64,000 nt of DNA from Candidatus Poseidoniales archaeon (lineage in GTDB: Archaea; Thermoplasmatota; Poseidoniia; Poseidoniales; Poseidoniaceae), in assembly GCA_003602415.1 (NCBI GenBank), contig QQSK01000013.1:10152-74151 (forward strand). Direction: 5' to 3'. Below the pieces are notes generated by a model. It was given only the letters and a program-made list of their open reading frames with translations, was not told where the DNA came from and did not search any database. Shown piece by piece: positions 1-9,726 of this stretch; the first letter of the stretch is position 1, and each line of letters begins with the position of its first letter. The position numbers and the translations under genes are program-made.

Positions 1-2
1 TA

Positions 3-1946
3 GGGGAGTTCGGTGGAGGATGGGTAGCTCGAGTAATTCTCGATGGAATGTCAATCGGCGAATCTACATGGCCTCCTTCTATTTCTTGGGTCGAAGAACA
101 ATTGAATAAATCAGAAACAAAAGGATCCTCAAATCTCGTATTCACTTCAAGTCTAACTCCAAATGAGAACATAACTGGCACATGGACTGCAAATCATGTC
201 TTCAATAATGGACTGGGCCTACCTTTCATTCCAGGTGTACAAGCAGGCATCGCGAGTCAGGTTGATAGATTCCTTGATGGAGATGTAAATCAGTTGGAAA
301 GTTTGCTAGAATCAATGATTTATCTAAATGGCCGAGAAGCTGTTTGTTGTGTCATTGATGATTCTGCGGTTATTTTTGAGACATTTAGTATCGATGCTGA
401 AATCGATTTTTCTTCCGAGTCTTGGGGATGGAATGAATCTGGCACCGTATCAGCATCTCGTTCACATATTGATTTAATGAGGCTGGAAGTTCCTTTCCAA
501 AACGACTTACGCCAATCTACGCCACTTACAATCACAACCGATGGCGGATGGCAATACTTGTCCAGTCCATTGAATGAATGGATCGAAGGTACAACTTCAG
601 AATTCACTTTACAACGTGACGAATCTTCAATTTCAGGGTTTTACACTATCACACTAGGACCTAACAGTGCCCCTGTTTTGTCCATGCAGGAAGATTATGC
701 TCTACCTTGGGATAATACGTCATACGATTTCAACGTAATAATCGACGATGCACCTCTATCTCAGCATAATTGTGAATGGAACATATCTGGAAGTAATAAC
801 AACCTCGGTGTTAATTTGTCAGCATATCCTCCTGATTCAATCCTGCCAATTTCAGTAATTTGTGTTGACGAGGGTGGTTTGAATGGAACTTGGAATGGTA
901 GTTTTGTTTTGGATGACGAATCTCCATGGATAAATGCTAGTGATGAGATTCAGATTATCCCTCCTGGAATGTTCTACTGGGATTTGATGGTTGGCGATGA
1001 CCATGATCAAAACCTCAGGGTGTATTGGACCAGCAACAAATCAGATGATTGGTGGTATACCGGAGATGTCCTTGATATCGTCTTCAATCCTGATTCAAAT
1101 TTGAATTCAATCAATGATAACATTAGTGAAAGACACAAGCAAAGAAACCCTGTGCAATATTGGTTATCGGCTGAAGTCTCCGATGATGTTGGCCACACAG
1201 TTTTTGGAAATTGGACAATCCAATTGACCGATGTTTCAGGGCCAGTTATTCTTGCATCGGTTGAAGATTATGACGTAGATGAAGGGTGGGGTGAAGCGGC
1301 ATTAGTCTCGAGGCCAGGAGATATATTACGACTGAATTTAACCGAATCCTTTGACGACCATTCTTCAATTGACAAAATTAATTTTTCAATTAGTTTATTG
1401 GATAAAGAATATAGTGATTTATCATGGTCTGAAGTTCAGTATTGGGAACTACCCGAATTGCCGGTTGGCTATCATCAAATCAATGTGATTGGATATGACG
1501 AACAAGGTAATGTGGCAGGTAATACATTTGGAGTAGCGGTAGCTCCTCCAATTACTAGAGATTTGGAAATCATCGATATCCAATCATCCTCAACAGAGAT
1601 TGAGCCGGGAGAAAACCACTTCTGGGTCACAGTTCAAAATAACGGTGCTAGCACGACCGAATTTATTTTGTGTAGCGGCAACGATTGTGTCGAATCAGTG
1701 GTAGGTCCTTCCAGTTACGCTCAGACTACAACATCGATAGTTTCTATGAAAGTAGATTTGGATTGGTTTGAAACATTCTCTGTAGAATTATCTTATCTTG
1801 ATGATTCCAATCAAACAGTGGTAAAACATTCCACAAGTGAATATGATGCTGGAGTCGGTTTAGGTGGACTGGAATTGTTCATCTTCGTTACTATTTCAGT
1901 ACTGGCAATAATATGGTTACGTTCAAGAAATGAACCGAGATTCTGA
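3..1946 (+). CDS. Large acidic secreted/surface protein with C-terminal membrane anchor (5'-truncated by window edge)
   Basis: The frame of ORF 48..1946 stays open back to position 3 (GEFGGGWVARVILDG-M), so the true start is probably upstream. Beta-rich acidic sequence, a CARDB-like segment (DLEIIDI...VTVQNNG), and a C-terminal TM helix followed by RSRNEPRF. Confidence 0.75.
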   Translation, partial: GEFGGGWVARVILDGMSIGESTWPPSISWVEEQLNKSETKGSSNLVFTSSLTPNENITGTWTANHVFNNGLGLPFIPGVQAGIASQVDRFLDGDVNQLESLLESMIYLNGREAVCCVIDDSAVIFETFSIDAEIDFSSESWGWNESGTVSASRSHIDLMRLEVPFQNDLRQSTPLTITTDGGWQYLSSPLNEWIEGTTSEFTLQRDESSISGFYTITLGPNSAPVLSMQEDYALPWDNTSYDFNVIIDDAPLSQHNCEWNISGSNNNLGVNLSAYPPDSILPISVICVDEGGLNGTWNGSFVLDDESPWINASDEIQIIPPGMFYWDLMVGDDHDQNLRVYWTSNKSDDWWYTGDVLDIVFNPDSNLNSINDNISERHKQRNPVQYWLSAEVSDDVGHTVFGNWTIQLTDVSGPVILASVEDYDVDEGWGEAALVSRPGDILRLNLTESFDDHSSIDKINFSISLLDKEYSDLSWSEVQYWELPELPVGYHQINVIGYDEQGNVAGNTFGVAVAPPITRDLEIIDIQSSSTEIEPGENHFWVTVQNNGASTTEFILCSGNDCVESVVGPSSYAQTTTSIVSMKVDLDWFETFSVELSYLDDSNQTVVKHSTSEYDAGVGLGGLELFIFVTISVLAIIWLRSRNEPRF

Positions 1947-1972
1947 TATGTCCGATATATGGTGGCGATGAT

Positions 1973-3718
1973 ATGGATGGCTTTGTAGATCTAGATGGCG
2001 CAATCAAAGCCGAGGCCAAAAGTCGTGTAGATCGTATCGAGAAGTTGGCAGGGCTATCTGCATTGATTATGCTGTCTGCAGCAACTTGGCTTGCTTGGCC
2101 GTCTTTAGAATCAGCGATTAGCGGTGGTTCTATGACTTCTGATTTGAAGTATGCAATGGTCATCATTGCATGGGGAGTTTTTGTTCAAGATCTTGGAGTA
2201 ATGGACAAAAAAGCAAGGTCAAGAATAGGTACAGTGGCTACGATTTCTTGGTTACCAATTGTCATTATATCTGTTGATTATCTTGAAGGAAATGTTTCTC
2301 AAATCATTGGTATGCTGATTTTGTTAGGCGTATCTTCATCGCTTTTCGCAACTAGCAGGTCGATTCTGCAAGGCGATGTATCAGTGATGAAATATCGAGG
2401 CTTAATGGGAGGCTTGGGTCTAATTCTATCGATTTCTCTACTTACAACCACTACTATTGATGACAATTCATCATATATTCAGGTCGGCTTTTGTGCCATA
2501 GGTGCCTTATTGATTCTAATCGATTGGTTTGGTAGTGATGATATGAGGCCATTGAGAAAAGAGTTCGATGGAAGATTAAACTCCTTGGAAAGTCGTCTTT
2601 TAATTTTGAAGAGCCAAGGCTCAGCAGTCGATCAAGCAGCTAGCCTGGTTATGACTGCTAGAGAAGAAGGTCATAGAGACCCTGAATGGGGGATGCGTCT
2701 ACTCGATGAAGCCGATGAAGATATTGAGCGTTCACTATCTCTGGCAGGAGATGTTGAAGACATCAAGAAGGACTCTTTGGAATCTGTAGAGAAAGCAGAG
2801 TCCATTGCTCCAGTAGCCAAGCGCCCTAGAAAGGCGTGGGACATGGGTCAGAGAGAAGTTGAACTTGGGAGCCTTAGAGAAGGTGAAGCGCTTTTCAGAC
2901 AAGCCAAAAAGCGTGCAAATGAAGTTATTCAGTGGTGGCAACTAGCGGAAGAAGCCATCAGAGAAGGTGCCGCTTTGTTAGCAAAATCTCCTCATGCCCA
3001 AAGTAATCTAGAGGAAATTTTGGCAGATGCTCGAAAGAAATTATCTGCTGAAAAGCCAAAGAAAGCTTACGAGTTTGCAATGGTTATTCCAGAGCAACTA
3101 TCTGCTTCTGACGATGCTCTGGTTATTGCAGAATCAGCAGTCAAAGAAGCTGCTAGACAATTAAAATCAGCTGATGGCATAAACAAAGAATTGCTAGAAG
3201 AAAGACTCGAACATGCTGAGGAGGCATTAGAAAAAGGAAATTCAGCCCAAGCAAAGGGGCTTTCTGATGGAATCGTTAGAGAGATTCTCGCTGAAAGAGA
3301 AGCTATGGACGATGTTAGACGGGCTCTAAGACAGAAAGTGCATTTGGTTTCACGTTGGGCAGAGAGGGACGATGTTTCGGATTGGAATGCCAGATTATTA
3401 GAGATCGAAGAATCGGCGGATTCCTTGGAATGGACTCATGCAGCAACATTACTCGAGCGATTAACAACTGATTTGGATGCTGAAGGTAAGGCTAGTGATG
3501 AAGCAAATGAATTACTAGATTATGTCTTAGAGGAATGGGATATTCTCAGAAATCAATGTGATGCTAGCGGAATTAAAGTTGATGATGAAGATAGACGTTC
3601 CACTGAAGAAGCAATAGCATTGGCTAGTGAATCGCATAAGGCAGGAAGAATCGATGAATCTCTCGAATCTCTTGGCTTAGCAGATGGTTTCATGGAGAAA
3701 CTAAGGCGAAGAGTATGA
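1973..3718 (+). CDS. Membrane protein: about 6 N-terminal TM helices plus a long helical/coiled-coil cytoplasmic region
   Basis: 581-aa ORF with hydrophobic helices over residues ~25-185, then an A/E/K/R-rich helical region. No family recognised. Confidence 0.75.
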   Translation: MDGFVDLDGAIKAEAKSRVDRIEKLAGLSALIMLSAATWLAWPSLESAISGGSMTSDLKYAMVIIAWGVFVQDLGVMDKKARSRIGTVATISWLPIVIISVDYLEGNVSQIIGMLILLGVSSSLFATSRSILQGDVSVMKYRGLMGGLGLILSISLLTTTTIDDNSSYIQVGFCAIGALLILIDWFGSDDMRPLRKEFDGRLNSLESRLLILKSQGSAVDQAASLVMTAREEGHRDPEWGMRLLDEADEDIERSLSLAGDVEDIKKDSLESVEKAESIAPVAKRPRKAWDMGQREVELGSLREGEALFRQAKKRANEVIQWWQLAEEAIREGAALLAKSPHAQSNLEEILADARKKLSAEKPKKAYEFAMVIPEQLSASDDALVIAESAVKEAARQLKSADGINKELLEERLEHAEEALEKGNSAQAKGLSDGIVREILAEREAMDDVRRALRQKVHLVSRWAERDDVSDWNARLLEIEESADSLEWTHAATLLERLTTDLDAEGKASDEANELLDYVLEEWDILRNQCDASGIKVDDEDRRSTEEAIALASESHKAGRIDESLESLGLADGFMEKLRRRV

Positions 3719-4678
3719 TTACATCATTCGCTCTTTCATTTCACAAGCCTTACAGACACTTCCGCTACACATCTGTCCACACTGTGGACAATTGATTGGT
3801 TTGATGGAATTCAAACTACTTCCAGCCATCTGTTGTAATCTTTTGACATCGTCTGCCATTCGCAGAAGCCCATGCCTTGTCCCTGGGACATCTGCTTCCA
3901 TCATGGCAATGGTTTCTCTATGCCTGAACCTTAGAGCTCCTTCGCCGTGAGGGCACTCTTCATGGTGGATGGGTAATCCTTTGTGTAATGCGTAAAGGTG
4001 AATCTCTTGTTCAGGGACCCATCGAAGTGGAACAATCCTTGGCGCCATGCCTTCCAACGGAGTATTTGTGTGAGGGGCTAATCTCAGTGTTCTTTCGAGA
4101 TCACCATTTTGCATATTCATCATTATGGTTTGAGCCATATCGTCAAGGTTGTGGCCTAGTGCGATAACATCAGCACCTACACGCGCTGCAAGATGATTGA
4201 TGCCTTGTCGTCTAAAAACTCCACAATAGGAGCAGGGCGCTTTCTTATCTCCTGTCTCGATAATTTTCTCTACCACTTCATCCATTTCTTTGAAACCCAA
4301 ATCTGGGTAAGAAACAGTTTCGAATTGAACACCAAGACTTTCACACAACTCTCTCGCACATTCTAGCGATGGTGGACGATATCCTTCAATGCCTTCATCT
4401 ACACAACCTCCAATGATTGTTACATCTCTTCGCTTTCCTAGATTTTCATGAATTCTTTCTAGGAGTACGGCAGAATCTTTACCTCCAGAAATAGCCACAA
4501 GAATGGTTGTATTCTCTCCTTTGCGGAGCACTAATTGTTCCCGCAAAGCCTTGGAAACTTTCTTTCTAACACTCTCAGCAAGATGTGCTCCACACATCAT
4601 ACGGCCTGAATAAACCTGGTGATGAATCGCCGGATTGCGACATTTGTCACAACTTGGGATATCAAACAGGTCGGCCAT
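3719..4678 (-). CDS. ttuA: tRNA 2-thiolation protein (TtuA/Ncs6/CTU1, TIGR00269-like)
   Basis: PP-loop SGGKDS, CSYCGVFRR, GHNLDD, N-terminal CDKC..C..H and C-terminal CPQC..CKAC zinc fingers. Start placed at the ATG at 4678 (MADLFD) rather than 4762. Confidence 0.9.
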   Translation of the reverse strand: MADLFDIPSCDKCRNPAIHHQVYSGRMMCGAHLAESVRKKVSKALREQLVLRKGENTTILVAISGGKDSAVLLERIHENLGKRRDVTIIGGCVDEGIEGYRPPSLECARELCESLGVQFETVSYPDLGFKEMDEVVEKIIETGDKKAPCSYCGVFRRQGINHLAARVGADVIALGHNLDDMAQTIMMNMQNGDLERTLRLAPHTNTPLEGMAPRIVPLRWVPEQEIHLYALHKGLPIHHEECPHGEGALRFRHRETIAMMEADVPGTRHGLLRMADDVKRLQQMAGSSLNSIKPINCPQCGQMCSGSVCKACEMKERMM

Positions 4679-4724
4679 GTTTGGTCCAAGAGGTTCTAGC
4701 CTTGATGTGAACGGTTGAAAAAAG

Positions 4725-4750
4725 CAATTGAAAAATTGATTTTTCAATTG
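4725..4750. promoter_or_regulatory. Perfect 12-bp AT-rich inverted repeat, candidate regulator site in a divergent promoter region
   Basis: CAATTGAAAAAT-TG-ATTTTTCAATTG lies between ttuA (-) and the Roadblock operon (+). Confidence 0.45.
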
Positions 4751-4816
4751 GAATACGAGCATGATAATCCCCGTCCATCAAAAATTTAGTTGGCAAAATC
4801 AAAACACTCCACAAAT

Positions 4817-4829
4817 CGCCCTACGGGCG
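4817..4829. repeat. GC-rich triloop palindrome (copy 1)
   Basis: CGCCC-TAC-GGGCG, upstream of the Roadblock gene. Confidence 0.55.
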
Positions 4830-4885
4830 TTGTAGAAAGCCAAACTTCTTGAAGCCGGTTTCAACCTGAAGCAATTTGAGCGCGC

Positions 4886-5227
4886 ATGATGCAACGCATT
4901 CTGGCCGGATTCTCAGCCCTACCAGGAGCTGACCAAGCATACATCATTTCTCGTAGAGATGGCTTGGTTGCTTCAGTTGGAAAGAGAGGTCGTGCACCGA
5001 TGGTTGAACATGCCACCCAAATAATCCAAGCGATGGAAAGACTTGGACAAAACAAAGCCGTTGGAAGAGGGTTGGAGTTTTGGACAGAAGGAGAGGGAAT
5101 GCTTCTAGTAACTCGATTGAGCGAAGATGCAAGCCTGATAGTTTCTGGTAAGAAGGGTGGCAGGATAGCCAGGTGGCGACACGCCGTAGAATGCGATGTT
5201 GAAATGCTAAACTCGTTGATGAGGTGA
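4886..5227 (+). CDS. Roadblock/LC7 (MglB-like) domain protein
   Basis: 113 aa with the pattern LPGADQAYIISRRDGLVAS...EGEGMLLVTRLSEDASLIV, matching the Roadblock alpha-beta-beta-alpha-beta3-alpha layout. Stop overlaps the next start (GTGA). Confidence 0.7.
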   Translation: MMQRILAGFSALPGADQAYIISRRDGLVASVGKRGRAPMVEHATQIIQAMERLGQNKAVGRGLEFWTEGEGMLLVTRLSEDASLIVSGKKGGRIARWRHAVECDVEMLNSLMR

Positions 5228-8200
5228 CGGACATGTTCGATCTACCATATGGAATGCTAATTGATAACGAAATTGATGTCAGTGATGGCTCAATCATGCC
5301 ATTTGAACACGGTTCAATATCTACGTATCTTGGACGTAGGTCTACTGCGAGCGGACATAGAATCGTCAGAGCGGGCAGAGTCGTAGGTTGGGTTGCTGAA
5401 CCTGCTAAAGGCAAAGTTTTGCTTTGTGGTCTAGCTGCTAAGCAAAGACTCGAGGAATTAGAATCTGATTCACATCGCTTAACTGCTAGAGCATGGACTC
5501 AATCGTCATTAGGCTCCGTTGCTGAGATTATTCCTGAAGCATTTGAGCACGCTGCAGACTTGCGAGGACTGATTGGTTCTGGCGATTCATTGGAGCGTTT
5601 ACTTTCTCGAGATCTATCTGCTGTCTTGGCGAATCTGGTTGTTAGGCCGGAGGTACGTGGAGGGATTGCGGTTGATTCTGGAATGTTAATCGACGATGCA
5701 GGAGACCTACCCTCTAGTGCAGAATCCTTAGCGGCACAGGTTGGAGAAACCTTGGCTGGAAGAAAAGCGATGGCTAGCGACTTAGGATTATCCGGTGCAG
5801 GCCACTGGACACTACACACAGACAATGGAGCATTATTGTTGGCGGAAGCCGGCGATGTCGCACTAGCAATTTGGACAGAATCAGATGTCGACCACGGTCG
5901 ACTGATTAGCCAAATCGCTGCTATGATGGACGGACAAATCGATGCAATGGGGTCTAGAGGTGAAGCACTTACCGATGGCCATGTAGTTAGAGAAGGAAGA
6001 GGCGGAACCGATGCAATCATTTCCATGCTAACCACCGCTGTAGAAGAAGGATTGACCGGCCATTTGACGGCCGGCAAATCCTCCAAAGCAATTCGTGTTG
6101 CACTGGTTAAGGGTGTACCTGTGGCCATGCAAGCGCCTGGAAAAACAAAGATTGTCGAGGCGGTAAACTCACTTTGTGAATCTCGACGCGTTCTATCATT
6201 GCATAGACTGCCTGTTGGAACAATTCTTGGAACAGAATCAGGTAATGTTCCCGATTTCAATTTAGAAACCTTCTGTGAGGAATTATCTACAACAAGAACT
6301 CGTTCTGAATCCCGCCAAACTCTAATCAGACAAACTATGAATCAGATATATGGTTTTGAAATAGGTCTACAAAAACTCAAGAAAGAGCGTACTAGGTTCG
6401 AATTCGCAATTTCAGTAGCAACTCCTTCAACAGGTTTGACTACCGTGGATACATCCACAGGAATTGATGATGGATTAAGAAGAAAATTAGAGAAATCTGA
6501 AATTCAACTCTCAGATGCGAATCAAGAGATTGCTTCACTTCGTGTTGCCCTTGATTCAGCACAGAAAGCAGAAACTGCAGCTAAAGTCAATGCTAACGAA
6601 GCCAATAGGCATACTTCAGATATTCAAGATAAAATTGCAGCGTATAACAAAACAATCGACCAGTTACAACTCGATTTATCCGCAGCACAATCCAGTTCCG
6701 AGAATGCAGAGGCTCGTAGTGATAGGTTGTCAAAGAGAGTGAACGAGTTAGAGCACCAACTCAGTGAAAGAGCGGTTGAATTGGCTAGAATTCTTGGAGA
6801 TAGTAAAGCGAGTAATGAATTGTCTTCCAAGATAGAAGAAATGGCATCCAAGGAAGCAGCATTATCCAGTGATATCGATTCACATTCTGCGACCTTGTCG
6901 AGTATTCGTTCAAGGATAGATGATGATCAACGCCGTCAGAGAATGATAGAAGAACAGGTAGAAGCTGCTAGAGACAAACATCGTCGTGCTCAAGGAGAAT
7001 TATCAGAATTGGAATCCAAGATCAATGACTCTCAATTGCGTCTAAAGCAAATTGAAGCGGAATCAAGAGTTGCTCGAGAGCGAACTCAAGAAGACCGAAT
7101 TAGGCTGAACGAACAAGAAAACCGTGCTGCTAACATCCAATCCGAGATGCGTGAATTAATGGATGAAAGAAGGCAAGTTCTGAAAGAACTAGGTGATTTA
7201 GGTGCTAGAAGAGGACAAGCTGAAGCTGAATTGTCGAACTTACTAGACCAAGCAGAAGCATTAGCATTCGCTCATGAAGAAGCGCTATCCGACATCAAAG
7301 AGGCAGAATTACTTCGCGCAAAATTATCTGAAGAACCCCTTGCTCAAGCATTGTTAGAAGATGGTGCTCAATTTGATGGACTAGGGCCAGTATTAGAACG
7401 CTTAGAACATGCTAGAACACTAGGATACTCGGTGTCATTGCTTGACCGTGCGGTAGAAAGAGCATTACAGGTCATTCAAGGATGCGTTGACCACGTTGCA
7501 ACAACGCCTAGACACCTATTATCGACAGAAGTAATGTCGTTATTGGAGAGACAGGTCCCACAAACTGCAGGAGCAGTTCGTGGATTAGCAAGATGGTCGG
7601 TTCAACAAAGACTCGAACATCAATTGGGTGAAACAGTAACTAATCTGGTTCTAGATTTAGAAAATCTTCTCGAAGATTACGACAGATCGATTACTATGCT
7701 TAGAAGAATCAGAAATGTTCTCGAGCAATTAGAGAAACTCGGCGCTCCTCCTGAACAGGTTCAGGCTTTGATGAACAATACAAGAAGACCTGAGTCTTTG
7801 CCGGTTCTTGCTCGCGAGACTCGTACTCTGATTCAGAAGGCTCTGGATGACATCCACCTAGAAGCAGACATGAGAGATGCAGGCTCTGCAGTCAAATTAG
7901 AAGCGACAACCAGCGCCCTCGAAGAACTTCTTACCCAATTAGATGCAAGTGGCTTTGTCAAGGGTGAAGTTCGTGGTGCGCTTTGGGATTTCAAGCGAGA
8001 AGGGATTCTACCTTTCGAGCGTGACTCTGTTCCTGCTGGAGAAAGAGAACCGGTCAATGATGCTGCAATAGAGCAAATGAAAGGCGAATTAATCGACGAG
8101 GAAGTTGCTGTTGCAGTTGAAGTTAGTGAAATTACTGAGGAATGGGAAGAATTGTCGACACCAGTGGACCAGGATGATAGTGAATCAGTATCTGAGGATG

Positions 8201-8358
8201 TATCGATCTCTCATAGTGATGAAAGAGCATCTCTAGAAGAAGAATTAGCTAGATTGGATGCTCGTTGGGAACGTCGAACCGACCCTGAAGAAATAACAGA
8301 ACTTTCAGATTCAACTCTTGACGAACTTGAAGATTCTCTAGATGGGATAGATCTCTGA
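5224..8358 (+). CDS. Multidomain protein: internal Roadblock-like domain, PATAN/DUF2226-like domain, long coiled coil, helical C-domain, acidic tail
   Basis: VRGGIAVDSGMLI...WTLHTDNGALLLAEAGDVALAIW is Roadblock-like; EEGLTGHLT..IRVALVKGVPVAM is PATAN/DUF4388/DUF2226-like; residues ~415-700 are heptad-rich. No Walker A, so not a true SMC. Confidence 0.7.
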   Translation: MTDMFDLPYGMLIDNEIDVSDGSIMPFEHGSISTYLGRRSTASGHRIVRAGRVVGWVAEPAKGKVLLCGLAAKQRLEELESDSHRLTARAWTQSSLGSVAEIIPEAFEHAADLRGLIGSGDSLERLLSRDLSAVLANLVVRPEVRGGIAVDSGMLIDDAGDLPSSAESLAAQVGETLAGRKAMASDLGLSGAGHWTLHTDNGALLLAEAGDVALAIWTESDVDHGRLISQIAAMMDGQIDAMGSRGEALTDGHVVREGRGGTDAIISMLTTAVEEGLTGHLTAGKSSKAIRVALVKGVPVAMQAPGKTKIVEAVNSLCESRRVLSLHRLPVGTILGTESGNVPDFNLETFCEELSTTRTRSESRQTLIRQTMNQIYGFEIGLQKLKKERTRFEFAISVATPSTGLTTVDTSTGIDDGLRRKLEKSEIQLSDANQEIASLRVALDSAQKAETAAKVNANEANRHTSDIQDKIAAYNKTIDQLQLDLSAAQSSSENAEARSDRLSKRVNELEHQLSERAVELARILGDSKASNELSSKIEEMASKEAALSSDIDSHSATLSSIRSRIDDDQRRQRMIEEQVEAARDKHRRAQGELSELESKINDSQLRLKQIEAESRVARERTQEDRIRLNEQENRAANIQSEMRELMDERRQVLKELGDLGARRGQAEAELSNLLDQAEALAFAHEEALSDIKEAELLRAKLSEEPLAQALLEDGAQFDGLGPVLERLEHARTLGYSVSLLDRAVERALQVIQGCVDHVATTPRHLLSTEVMSLLERQVPQTAGAVRGLARWSVQQRLEHQLGETVTNLVLDLENLLEDYDRSITMLRRIRNVLEQLEKLGAPPEQVQALMNNTRRPESLPVLARETRTLIQKALDDIHLEADMRDAGSAVKLEATTSALEELLTQLDASGFVKGEVRGALWDFKREGILPFERDSVPAGEREPVNDAAIEQMKGELIDEEVAVAVEVSEITEEWEELSTPVDQDDSESVSEDVSISHSDERASLEEELARLDARWERRTDPEEITELSDSTLDELEDSLDGIDL

Positions 8359-8367
8359 GGTGAATAT

Positions 8368-8568
8368 ATGAGTTCAGTCTATCCTTTGTGGATTGAAAAG
8401 ATGATTTTCTTAGTTTTGGTAGCATCATCAGTATACGCTGGTATCGAATTGCAAAATCATCTCACAGGAGCAATGCTTTGGTTGTCATGGGTATGTGGAT
8501 TGCCTTTGGTAGTTCTAGTCACTACTGAAGGAATTGGACGCATAGTCCAAAAAATCAACACAAGATAA
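8368..8568 (+). CDS. Small two-TM membrane protein
   Basis: 66 aa with two hydrophobic helices. GAGGTGA RBS upstream, 9 nt after the previous stop. Confidence 0.7.
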   Translation: MSSVYPLWIEKMIFLVLVASSVYAGIELQNHLTGAMLWLSWVCGLPLVVLVTTEGIGRIVQKINTR

Positions 8569-9717
8569 TCATTCACGAGTAGTGAAAGAGGATTCGATAA
8601 GACCCCAGAATCTTTGCCACGGTACTACAAATCTTAGCAGTGCCATTATTCCAAGGAATAATAGAGCGGAAATCACTAATCCGTAGGTCAGAGTCAATTC
8701 GATTGATTCTCCTACTTGAGCAGCCCATTGTGAGCCCGTAATTCCACTTACCCAATCCAGTAAAACCGAATGGAACCCTAAAGCGATAGTCGTGGTTACT
8801 ACAGTCAGTGATAGGAAAATCGCAGTATGTCTTAGGTGTCCATTGAGAATGTTATCCATTTGTGCGACGTATTCAGGGTCCTTCTTGCAAGACTCAGGTA
8901 ATCTGTATGCATACTCCAACTGGCGAATAACTCCAAATGCAGACTCCTGGAAAACCATCATCAAACATGCGATTAGAATTAGAGAAATTTGTTCTGCGGT
9001 AACCAAACCGAAAACGGTAGGTTCTGAAACAATGATCTCAAGAGTTGTTAATTGACTTCCATAACTTCCCAATTGTGAACGGATAAGAGGGAATGTCAAA
9101 ATTGCGTGAACACCCAAGAATAGTAGTGTAAATCCGATAGACCATGCTACACCTCTTCGAGATAGTCCCCAGATACCCTTGGTTCCGGTGATAATTGGTA
9201 GTAGGTAGAATGTTAGAATGATGAATGAGAGCATCATCAACAATGGCCACTCTAGTAGTCGAAGGACATCATCACCTGGAGCACTCCATCCATCACTGAT
9301 TAGTTGCCATGCGTATCCGAAAACAAATCTTCCAGCTAGAATTAGAATCAAGGTAATGATGAATCCAAGTTTGACTCTTTGCTGTACCTTTGGGGTCTGG
9401 AAGGCCAATAATGCCATTGAACCACCAAGCCCCAATCCCAATGCCATAGGAACATAGAATCGAGCAAGACCTTCGCTTCCCCCTCCAGTTAACCAATCGC
9501 CAAGAGGCAACTCTGTTCCAAGTCCGGATTCGAGGGTGTCGAATAATTGAGTGTGGTCTATACTGCCGACAACATATGTTGAAACCACTTCTAAATACAT
9601 CCAAACCAATGCTAGGGTGGCAAGTACCTGTAATGTGACAATTTGCCATTGAACACGCAATTGGCGCAAGTGGAGCGAGCGTGCTCCTTCTCCTTGAGGT
9701 GTTACTTCTCCTGCCAT
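8569..9717 (-). CDS. Multi-pass membrane protein of unknown function
   Basis: 382 aa with ~8 TM helices. GAGGTGA RBS; last gene of the DUF4350/DUF58 run. Confidence 0.75.
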   Translation of the reverse strand: MAGEVTPQGEGARSLHLRQLRVQWQIVTLQVLATLALVWMYLEVVSTYVVGSIDHTQLFDTLESGLGTELPLGDWLTGGGSEGLARFYVPMALGLGLGGSMALLAFQTPKVQQRVKLGFIITLILILAGRFVFGYAWQLISDGWSAPGDDVLRLLEWPLLMMLSFIILTFYLLPIITGTKGIWGLSRRGVAWSIGFTLLFLGVHAILTFPLIRSQLGSYGSQLTTLEIIVSEPTVFGLVTAEQISLILIACLMMVFQESAFGVIRQLEYAYRLPESCKKDPEYVAQMDNILNGHLRHTAIFLSLTVVTTTIALGFHSVLLDWVSGITGSQWAAQVGESIELTLTYGLVISALLFLGIMALLRFVVPWQRFWGLIESSFTTRE

Positions 9718-9726
9718 GAAATCACC

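Noticed and set aside
4690..4880. Replication origin in the AT-rich divergent gap
   Set aside because: The region is short, with no repeated ORB-like boxes and no cdc6/orc1 gene nearby.
5499..6260. 253-aa antisense ORF
   Set aside because: Lies wholly opposite a well-formed gene and has the S/P/A-rich composition typical of a shadow frame.
5224..8358. SMC/Rad50 chromosome segregation ATPase call for the long coiled-coil protein
   Set aside because: No Walker A/B, signature motif or hinge is visible; the coiled coil alone would drive such a hit.
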